From IMG/VR virus record IMGVR_UViG_3300035208_003115: 64,000 bases of DNA; one strand, 5' to 3'. Source of the stretch: a virus (lineage: Duplodnaviria; Caudoviricetes). The notes under the pieces were generated by a model that saw nothing but the letters and a program-made list of their open reading frames with translations, had not been told where the DNA came from and ran no database searches. Shown piece by piece: positions 29,601 through 37,393 of this stretch (positions are counted from its first letter, which is position 1; each line of letters opens with the position of its first letter). Position numbers and translations under genes: made by a program.

Positions 29601-32600
29601 CCAGCCCAAGAAAGAACCAACGTTGGCCTCAGTAAATAATTCTGCGCCGTACGACTGGCAGATTATCTCGAATTTCTCGCCTCCGCCTACATCAGTAACA
29701 AAACCATTGAAGATAGTGGGCATGTCAGCGGGGTTCGCTTCATACCCCATCTTGATTTGAATCTGAGTTCCGGGCTGTAAGAAGAGAGATTTAATAGCCT
29801 TGTTAGTAAACGGGCTAGTTATTCTATCTTCACTGTTTCTTCTATCTGCAGCATGACTTTCTTTTGCAAACCTGGCCTGTAGATCCGTCAATGCTCCATC
29901 GTGGTTATTCAGGGATAGATGGACGACTGCTGACGGAGAAGCTTTTTCTTTATAGAACCGAATCGACTCGCATGACCTATAGTCGTAGAAGTTATCAAAT
30001 AGAAACCATTCCGGTGAATTCTCTTCCCGGAAGTATATCTTGTAAGTCGGATATGCCCGCGTCATGGAGAAATATTTAGGATTATTTAAGATCCCATTAC
30101 GAGCCTCAGATACGATATCCGGGATGGTTTTCTCGATGTCAACATTAAAGTCTTTGAATGAGGAGCGGAACATTCTATGTTCGTACTCTGCCTCTGCGAT
30201 AACAAGGGGAGACGTTTCAGAGCCAAACGCACCCATTGACTTGACGAGGCTATTAGATAAGAAGAGATCATTGAGACTTCTGAAGGTGCCAAAGTTTACG
30301 GGAGAGCTAGACTTAAGGAGTCCTTGCTTTCTTAAGGCTCTCGCCTGTTTATTGGCGGCCTCTTTCAGCTTATCAATAGACTTTTCGGCATCTGTTTTAT
30401 TAATAGTTTGCTTGTTTTGATCAGAGGAGTTAGTAGCAGTCTCTTCTTCTTTTCCGATAACATGAAATTCATTGGAAACATAATTGACTGTTCTTTCAAT
30501 GGCCATACATATCGAACTGGCTCCGGTCAAGCGACTTAGCGAAGAGGCGTCTGCGCTAACATTCTCCTCAATCGTTTTTGTGTCTTTGTGCGTTGAGCTA
30601 CCTATAAACGGGCTATATGATCTCATATAGAATGTGGGGTCTGTCATCAGAACCGGAGACTTTAGCGAACCGTTTGGGTTGCGTAGTAAGTTGCCGTCAT
30701 TATCTTCAAGCTGATATGCGAATGGAATACCCAAATCTGTGTAACAGGAAATATATACAGATCCGTCTATGATATCCTGGGGAAGATAGTCCCCAGTAAA
30801 TGAAGATCCCTTGTTTGTGATTCCGTATTGAAGAAGTGTTTCTCCACTATAATAATAGTCTCTATATTCCTCGCGGAGTTTGGCCGCCATATTCTTATCA
30901 TATCTTTTAATCATGACGTGATTTACTTCTTTAGCTGCCAGAACTGGGTCAACAAAATCTCCACCCCATTTAAAGTATTTACGGGCTATAGCTCCAATTT
31001 GAGACCATACGGCTGACGAAATTGATGACTTCGATATTGCTACTCCATTTTGGATTACACTAAAGTCAACCCCAACTCCGAATGTATGAGATGAGTTTTC
31101 AAAGTCTACTGCGGGGGTTCCATCAGCCCGTAGTTCTTCAGTCTTATCCCGGGGCCTCCAGGCAGATATCATTTCGAGATCAATCCCCAACGAGGAATTT
31201 ACTTCTTCCTTAAAACTATTGAATAGACTTAAGATGTCTGCTCGCAGAACGAAGTCGAGACCGAAACGAGAACGATATTCCGTAAAGACTTTTCCTCTCG
31301 CCGGGAGGACTTGTTCCCTAGAGGTTTTAATTCCCAGTAAGCCGAGCTCCCATCTTAGGAGATGAGGGCTACGAATCATCATTTCAAACCGGCGACAATC
31401 TCCATAGAGAATTGTTTGGACAGCGCCTGCCAGAAGAAAGGCTCTTCGGTTCTTATCTTTAGAGTCTTCAGTCCCTCTGTTTTGGGCATTCAGAGACTCA
31501 TAATCAAAGTCTGGATTTTTCTTTGCTTGAAGCATCATGAATACAAGAAACTTGGCCCATAGAGGGTGCGAGGTGAGGGCAGACTGTCCTGTCATCATCT
31601 TCCATATTTGGTTGTAGGCCTTACGACGACTAAAGTTAACGGTATCGACTCTCTTCCCATAGCCAGAAGCAATATCCCCTGCGCTCATATTCCCCTGATT
31701 GGGACGGTTAGGGTCAACGACCATGGGGGCATTTGGATTATCTTTCCCAATATATTCTCCGAAAAGAGTATCAATGCGGAGATCTGGCATCCCGGCAGCC
31801 GTATCATAGAGTGTTTTAGCTGCGGCTATTGCGATGGTCCCATGCAACAGGGCAAGCTTCTCTAGTGTACTTGCTGCACTTATAGCTTTCTGAATCTCCC
31901 ATTTCTCCCCTTCTTTTAGCCATCTAATAAAAGCATTTCTTACTAGACGAACCATGCTTGGAATTAGAATTGTTTCAGTGTACGATGGATTAATCTCGTC
32001 GAATGTAAACCGAACATCCTCATCTGTTTTCTGAGAACGATTATAGTCCCAGCGAGGGCCATAGAACTCAAGGATTCTAGTTAGTAGTTTCTTTTTGAAG
32101 GCCCTCTTATCTGTGAACCTAGAGTCGAGAGACTTGACAACCTCTGTTTGTTCGTGAAAGGTCCAGCTAACAATGAAAGTTCCTGGGTTTTCTGGGACAC
32201 TCTGTATATCCATCGTTCCGTTAACGACAGTAAATATACCGTTTAGGTTGACGACATCGTTGCTTACATAGGTAAGGTTCGACCCAGCATGTCTCATTTT
32301 GCTACGGGCGTCGGTCTCGATTGACTTATCGACTGCCGCTAGCTGTTTTACAATGGCTTCGTTTGAAGTAACGATAGACAACATAATGTCGGATGATCCA
32401 CCCCCGAGATATTGAGCGGTAGGAACCGGGGCAGATATTATTGGGAGGATAGAGGCGGGGTATTGTCTTCTGATAGTGATCCCATCGATGGTTGTAGTAT
32501 TGTTGTCCGCGATACTGTACAGTTTTATATATCTGTTCCCGACGTTCATTACAGGAAGATCATATAGGTCATCAATATTCTTAAGGATGATATTATTTAA

Positions 32601-33548
32601 ATCACTCGCCGAGATGGTGTTGGCTATCTCTATCCCGAGATGAGCACTTAAATCTTCTTTTAAATCCTTCTGGGAACCAACCCACCTGCCACTGCGTCGG
32701 CTCTTGTATGCTCCAATAGAAAGATCAAATGCTTCCATAATTGTAGTTACATGATATCCAATATGGAATGATTCTGTTGCATTGGCGGATCCCCAATCAT
32801 TCCCGACCGGTTTAACGGCGTCGCCATTTCTTAAAACGCTCGAAGCTGGATCGTTTCGGCTTATGAAATCATCATTTTTAGTAGCGGGCTCAGAGGCCCT
32901 AGCTGCGTCAGTTCGAGTTCCATCATCCTCTAGCTCGCCCGCAAACATAAAGCCGGCATCGACTGACTTAATTAATCCATCCGTATACTGTCTCCACAGG
33001 TTACTGTGTTCGATAGAACTAACGGGGATATCATAGACGGGTTCGCCCTTGCCGTTTAGGCCTTGCCGATAGAACTGCCACTCTTCTACGAGTGGCTTAG
33101 AGTTATACACGGTAAAGGCAATGCGAAGAGTGACCGTATCAGGGAGAGAAGGTTCAGTATTAAGAGTGTAGCCGTTGACGAGAATCGGGATATCTTTGTG
33201 TTGGACGTCTACGATTCCTGTGTTGTGCTCTACAATCCCATAAACAGTTTCGTTCCACATCGTAATAAATGGGGTTCTACGTAACATTGCTAGGATTTTT
33301 GCTAGCTTGCCATTTATTTGGCCAACACCAGAGAAGACGAGGTCCATATCAAATTGCCACATTCCTCGGCCCGTTTTGAGATAGTTGGCCCCGCGTTGGC
33401 GCATCGTCATCATATGGTCACTAAACTTAGGATTGTTGTAGTGAATATTAATTGGCGGGACATGTAGCCATACATGACCAATCCTAGTTGCGCCCGGAAG
33501 GTCTTTAGCATCAAATGTAAAGTTGGTTTGTTCTTTGGACGAAGCCAT
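26622..33548 (-). CDS. Giant baseplate hub protein with internal M15-family peptidoglycan peptidase
   Basis: gp27/gpD-like hub motifs (PGTQIQIKMGY, IFNGFVTDV, LLGNPEIKPYDVIYI...VKSVTH); internal SAWR...SSHTFGVGVD...WGGDF...EVNH zinc peptidase signature at ~30900..31250. Confidence 0.75.
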   Translation of the reverse strand: MASSKEQTNFTFDAKDLPGATRIGHVWLHVPPINIHYNNPKFSDHMMTMRQRGANYLKTGRGMWQFDMDLVFSGVGQINGKLAKILAMLRRTPFITMWNETVYGIVEHNTGIVDVQHKDIPILVNGYTLNTEPSLPDTVTLRIAFTVYNSKPLVEEWQFYRQGLNGKGEPVYDIPVSSIEHSNLWRQYTDGLIKSVDAGFMFAGELEDDGTRTDAARASEPATKNDDFISRNDPASSVLRNGDAVKPVGNDWGSANATESFHIGYHVTTIMEAFDLSIGAYKSRRSGRWVGSQKDLKEDLSAHLGIEIANTISASDLNNIILKNIDDLYDLPVMNVGNRYIKLYSIADNNTTTIDGITIRRQYPASILPIISAPVPTAQYLGGGSSDIMLSIVTSNEAIVKQLAAVDKSIETDARSKMRHAGSNLTYVSNDVVNLNGIFTVVNGTMDIQSVPENPGTFIVSWTFHEQTEVVKSLDSRFTDKRAFKKKLLTRILEFYGPRWDYNRSQKTDEDVRFTFDEINPSYTETILIPSMVRLVRNAFIRWLKEGEKWEIQKAISAASTLEKLALLHGTIAIAAAKTLYDTAAGMPDLRIDTLFGEYIGKDNPNAPMVVDPNRPNQGNMSAGDIASGYGKRVDTVNFSRRKAYNQIWKMMTGQSALTSHPLWAKFLVFMMLQAKKNPDFDYESLNAQNRGTEDSKDKNRRAFLLAGAVQTILYGDCRRFEMMIRSPHLLRWELGLLGIKTSREQVLPARGKVFTEYRSRFGLDFVLRADILSLFNSFKEEVNSSLGIDLEMISAWRPRDKTEELRADGTPAVDFENSSHTFGVGVDFSVIQNGVAISKSSISSAVWSQIGAIARKYFKWGGDFVDPVLAAKEVNHVMIKRYDKNMAAKLREEYRDYYYSGETLLQYGITNKGSSFTGDYLPQDIIDGSVYISCYTDLGIPFAYQLEDNDGNLLRNPNGSLKSPVLMTDPTFYMRSYSPFIGSSTHKDTKTIEENVSADASSLSRLTGASSICMAIERTVNYVSNEFHVIGKEEETATNSSDQNKQTINKTDAEKSIDKLKEAANKQARALRKQGLLKSSSPVNFGTFRSLNDLFLSNSLVKSMGAFGSETSPLVIAEAEYEHRMFRSSFKDFNVDIEKTIPDIVSEARNGILNNPKYFSMTRAYPTYKIYFREENSPEWFLFDNFYDYRSCESIRFYKEKASPSAVVHLSLNNHDGALTDLQARFAKESHAADRRNSEDRITSPFTNKAIKSLFLQPGTQIQIKMGYEANPADMPTIFNGFVTDVGGGEKFEIICQSYGAELFTEANVGSFLGWICPPKAFIWWMLLDSKVKHLGRLVQASILPSTVTDFIDGPAFDDNIYIDQELEPGTWRLLQSYNADNMTKWDALQDIAAAHPGYICQVVPYDDRETVFFGRPDDWYKYTQDLGVTRQYMKLSLDLIPDLGGGWRSLNKKAPNSNKSVREKFQEEMANDATPEAKKPEFNYLQWMKVKDRIDQAFAKWRANHAEGAKGRTMSLLMDYCKVVDVLNTIGSDGSTGNIQFQLGTEEPQKSERKSDTRDFGLNSKEESPGPIYAKKETDPYEAEIARLAKELIKSQPSDPLKSEMLDHLDPVVRSSILKSLSGRTIPLLDFYRDTDVQTVYATLSRAKIQTTGIDQKDVALFDNLQGVLSRYDLILDEKKVKEELKNLATDIPFIGDQADFDKSLLGPMKKIYKKYGIESPLAVICWFKLSSIWQLLLGTFLPGGDKKTTSTSSRNPMDLNQITDETKNKNSISFEGHIPFNFYVNHRVGEITIKKLDNGSISFSGPIFRTDLKTHTVFRNILLQNLVDISGEFQKVLAEFGHSPIEKRFRNYHIASGYEHIVDNKICSNFTGMWNQVKVKYKRHDFMDYYTPFLPQLIFGDKLNNEFQIQAGETLDDRVTRELTIPVENAKTVKQARNYATSILAEGVRNMYGGRLVLLGNPEIKPYDVIYIHDDYTKMYGPIEVKSVTHVMSAENGFVSIIEPHAYLDILSQGMGPASLIKEVFDVAMLALLVVPGIGQAGALAKGGQAGASILSKQAVNKAAAQAFKKGKTLGNQLYKFVGSKYKSIAKTFDVATKEAVSSRTLKFMADKKIDNAKYKIITEINKARSLKDASIPQISKLTEANGMEVNAALKNIMRAKPGSSLEAEIDWMIAKGNFAATAGVTGGMVANGSKGAAKVLINKESWAALTKVSFLNMMKTLAVGGPIAYYQMFAGIDDPNYACPLRITPLSLMGKPFHAGLDGITHRGGIWENMAGEWRRLSGSVNTVAGALEEFYSSITGMNL

Positions 33549-36500
33549 TATGTACCTAGTCTGAGTTGACGGTGATATTCATCTCGGAATATCTTAGCAT
33601 AATTTTGTTCACTTGAGTCATCACGGATGTTAATGCTGGCTTTGGCGGGACGCTTGTATTTGCTGGACAGGGCGTCAGCTAGATCTACGAACTTGCTATT
33701 ATGTTCACGCTGTGCCTCTTTTATTTTAACACGAACATCGTATGATTTTTCGGGCATTAATCTGACAGATCGTTGGCTTCTAGCTGCTACAACTGGATCG
33801 GGCTCATTTGTCTTAACATACCTGCCACTATCGTCCTTTTGTTCCCCTGAACGCTGCGCATTGCTGACAACCGTTATATTGCCTGGTTTGCGCATAGACA
33901 TTCCTACCCCAGCTAGAACTGCTCCTCCAATAGCCAAAGAGGTCCATCCTCTTCCCTGTCTAAGACCAGATACGTAACTTCCTACTGCCTCTCGAACAGC
34001 TCCTCCAATCTCTTGACCCGTAGATTTAGCAGCGTCTGCATAGGTTCGATTCTGTGCAGACTGTCTGGCTGCTGATTCAAATACTCCAGCCTTATGGAAT
34101 GCTCCTTCTACACTGCCTTGGGGGAACGATGTTTCCCCGGGGAGAAATGCTTCGAAGAGTTGAGCAATAGAGGCAGGGCCTCCTACCGATGTTGTCTTCT
34201 GCATTGCCGCGGTTATGCTATTTTGACCAGCCGTAAGGGATTCTAGAATATCTCTGGCAATAACGCTCTTTCTAGCGTTGGGGCCAAACATTTTCATATG
34301 GTCCGGGGTTAGAAGATCCATAAGCTTCATGGCCTTCTTTGTTGGATCGGACCCATATAGTATCTCGGACATATTTACAAACTGAGCGGAACCTTGAAGA
34401 TTTCTTTTGGCATTAATCTGTTCTTCGGCTAAGCCAAAAAGAACATTGCTTAGATTGGTGGAATATTCCTGAGTAAACTTGCCCCTCAATATATTCGAGG
34501 GATCAGTTCCCTTCATCATAGCGCCGGCAAATACCTTGAAAGCGGCGTTATGGGTTACACCAGTATTCCGGCCCTTGAGAATATTCGTCATTGCTACTTC
34601 AAAAGGAGTTTTGCTCTCAACTGCAGCTAAGTTAATTGGAGTGTCAGTTCGTATTAGCTTTTGAATAGCGGCATCTTCTGCTTCCTTAAATGCCGACTGC
34701 TTACGGTACCATGTTTCTTTTAACTCCTGCTGTACGTCCGCTCTCCCCATAAATTCAGACACAGTATTTCTTGGGTCAGCATCGAGATCTCCATGGATTA
34801 TAGATCCAGATCCCTGAGATAGAAGTTCATCGATCTTCTTCCCATAGTGACCCGCTGCAGTTATTTCGGGATTCATCAGCCACATACGAGACGAAGTCCA
34901 TCCTGCTGGGGCTCCTGGTGGACGCATCTGAGTGCTATAAAAGCCGCCAGATTGCTCTAGTGTCTTTTTTACAAAGCCAAGGTTTCTTTTACCAGTTGCC
35001 TGATGCATTATCTGCTTGGCTTTTTTAAGTGAAACGACATGGAAGCCGCCCAAATCACCTTTGAAAGTCGGATCTACGGCTGAGATTTGTCTGCGGATAA
35101 TAGCTTCCTGTTCGGCATTCAAGAAGCCCATCGTAGTACGAGTTCCCTTAAGACGGGTCTTAAGGACCATGTTTTCCATAAGCTTGTTTTTGCCAGATAA
35201 ACCCGCAAACTCATTAAGATATCTCTGGCCCGCTAACTGGATTGCAGTTCTATCTCCAGATGCGGTAGCTTTAATAACACCAAGTTTGGCCTTATTTACT
35301 TCACTGGCCCATGTTTTCCCTCCCGGTGTGGCATACATCGCGGATAGGTCTTGGCTAAGAAGCGGAAGCTGGGAATAGCTTCTGGTGACTCCTTCTCCAA
35401 GTGTAAAGTCAAAAGTAGATCCAAGAGGAAGCATCCATGTTTTATTACGGCCACCTTGAACTCCACTTGAAAGTCCCATTTTAGTAAGAGCGGTAGATAG
35501 TTGTTTGTCAAGCTCCGGATCGAAGAGGATATTGCCTGAGTGACCCTGAAAGGCCCCACCACTTATGGTTATATTTTTAGCAATGGCTGCCTGGAGATCC
35601 GAAGTTAAAGTTTCTGCTCCAGGAACCGGAGTTTTGCTTTGAAGATATTTGAGGATATTTCTAAACTCTTGACCCTCGGATGTAGACGCAATTTTCTCGG
35701 CTATGAGGCGTTCTTGAACTGTCATGCCGGCTTGCTTGAGTCCCATTAAATCTTGAACTCCAGCCTTAATGAATGGACCTTCTTTATTTAGATTTGTTTG
35801 ATCGAGGGCCTGGACATATACCGGGTGAGCTACCCCCTTAAGATTAACTCCCTCTAGAAGAGCAGTAACAGTCGCCCCATACTGGGACGGAAGAAGACCG
35901 GCGGCCCTGCGAACATGGCCAGCTTTGATTCCGAAGTTATCTGGGAATAGAAGTGTTCCATTAAGAGCTCTGACCATGGAGTCGGAACCCATTGCTCTAT
36001 TCTCTCGGTTAAGAGCATTGGCAAGTCTTTGGGCATTTACTAGACGTTTCTTGGGAGAGACAAATTGCGGATCTGTTAAATAGATTTCCGCGGCCTGATA
36101 GAGCGGAACCATCGTTCGAGCTTCAGAGCCTTTAGCCAGAGGAGCTAGAACAATATCGGTAGTAGCCGCTGTTCCCTTAAATGCCGAAGGAGAGTGAGCC
36201 GCCAATCCTTTTCTTAATTCAATAGATAGTTTCGCACCAACACCTAGTGCTTCTCTTTCCCCATAGTTGAGTCGAAGGTTTTTCCCCTCCTTGACTAAGG
36301 ACAGGGCAATATTATCTGTTCCTGGCGCAGTCTTTCCAAGATGCCGGAGAGCTTCGCGAGGAGTATATCCCTCGGCAATAAGAGCTTTAAAGTCTGCATC
36401 TTTTTCTAGACTTGCAGAACGGATAGCATTGATAACATCGTTGTCTATGGATGCGCCATGGATAAGTTTGTCGAGAAATCCCTTAGAAACATCAGAAGGA

Positions 36501-37393
36501 TTAAAGGCAATTGTTTTAGGTCTATATGAGTAATAACCAGATAAGGCATTGGGCCTAATCGCGAATGCGTCTCCGGCTAGGGCGGCAACTTGAGTTAAAT
36601 CTCCGCCGGCTCCAGGAGTTGCGTACTCCGCCATTCTCACTAGACTAGTATTATATGCTCCTGCTCTAAAGTTGGAACCCGGGATACTAGATGTATACCC
36701 GGGACGGGCCCCCGTGAGCATCTCATCAACGATTCCTTCGGCGACTTCTATTCCTCTCGGAGTCCACGATGCACTAGAAGTAGTCCCGATTCCAGGGCCA
36801 CTTTCCTGACCGATTGGCAGGAAGTCTAGGATGGTGGCATATTTTCGGACTTCTTCCTGGGTTCCTAGTCCCGGGTAGATTCCCATAAGATTTTTGCCAC
36901 TATAAATATACTGGCCAGCTTTACTTCCTACTCCACTAGTTCCGCCACCACGAGAAATAATCTCATTGGCCCATTCCTCGTGTTGCTCCATAGATGGGAA
37001 TGGAACATTGGCCATCTTCTGGGCCCAGCTTATGTCCTCGACGCTAGACGAGAAAGCATATCTTCCTGCCCTACCTGTCAGCGAGCTAATAGATGGCATC
37101 TTGAGGGTGAGGTCTTTTGCCTCTCTTAGGAAGCCTTTTAGGCTAGAACCCCTCTTAGAAGGGTCGGTTATGCCCGCTATCTGCCCCAAACGCCTATTAA
37201 TATACTGAGGAAGGCTATATAGGCCTCCCTCATAGTAAAACTGCCTAGAAGTCCTTCTAAGGCCATTGTATATAACCGTATTATTGGGCCCCTCTATGGG
37301 GAGTCCACTATACGGATTAACCGCAAGGCCCGGATGTTCCTTGTTTAGATAGTCAATGACCGAGCGGTCGTATGGAGAATATTTAGGAGACAT
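33548..37393 (-). CDS. Putative single-subunit two-barrel (double-psi beta-barrel) RNA polymerase, probably virion-associated
   Basis: Collinear matches to cellular RNAP motifs: GVGAKLSIELRKG...DIVLAPL (beta), GKNKLMENMVLKTR, MRPP, HGDLDAD, LKGRNTG (beta'). Confidence 0.7.
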   Translation of the reverse strand: MSPKYSPYDRSVIDYLNKEHPGLAVNPYSGLPIEGPNNTVIYNGLRRTSRQFYYEGGLYSLPQYINRRLGQIAGITDPSKRGSSLKGFLREAKDLTLKMPSISSLTGRAGRYAFSSSVEDISWAQKMANVPFPSMEQHEEWANEIISRGGGTSGVGSKAGQYIYSGKNLMGIYPGLGTQEEVRKYATILDFLPIGQESGPGIGTTSSASWTPRGIEVAEGIVDEMLTGARPGYTSSIPGSNFRAGAYNTSLVRMAEYATPGAGGDLTQVAALAGDAFAIRPNALSGYYSYRPKTIAFNPSDVSKGFLDKLIHGASIDNDVINAIRSASLEKDADFKALIAEGYTPREALRHLGKTAPGTDNIALSLVKEGKNLRLNYGEREALGVGAKLSIELRKGLAAHSPSAFKGTAATTDIVLAPLAKGSEARTMVPLYQAAEIYLTDPQFVSPKKRLVNAQRLANALNRENRAMGSDSMVRALNGTLLFPDNFGIKAGHVRRAAGLLPSQYGATVTALLEGVNLKGVAHPVYVQALDQTNLNKEGPFIKAGVQDLMGLKQAGMTVQERLIAEKIASTSEGQEFRNILKYLQSKTPVPGAETLTSDLQAAIAKNITISGGAFQGHSGNILFDPELDKQLSTALTKMGLSSGVQGGRNKTWMLPLGSTFDFTLGEGVTRSYSQLPLLSQDLSAMYATPGGKTWASEVNKAKLGVIKATASGDRTAIQLAGQRYLNEFAGLSGKNKLMENMVLKTRLKGTRTTMGFLNAEQEAIIRRQISAVDPTFKGDLGGFHVVSLKKAKQIMHQATGKRNLGFVKKTLEQSGGFYSTQMRPPGAPAGWTSSRMWLMNPEITAAGHYGKKIDELLSQGSGSIIHGDLDADPRNTVSEFMGRADVQQELKETWYRKQSAFKEAEDAAIQKLIRTDTPINLAAVESKTPFEVAMTNILKGRNTGVTHNAAFKVFAGAMMKGTDPSNILRGKFTQEYSTNLSNVLFGLAEEQINAKRNLQGSAQFVNMSEILYGSDPTKKAMKLMDLLTPDHMKMFGPNARKSVIARDILESLTAGQNSITAAMQKTTSVGGPASIAQLFEAFLPGETSFPQGSVEGAFHKAGVFESAARQSAQNRTYADAAKSTGQEIGGAVREAVGSYVSGLRQGRGWTSLAIGGAVLAGVGMSMRKPGNITVVSNAQRSGEQKDDSGRYVKTNEPDPVVAARSQRSVRLMPEKSYDVRVKIKEAQREHNSKFVDLADALSSKYKRPAKASINIRDDSSEQNYAKIFRDEYHRQLRLGT

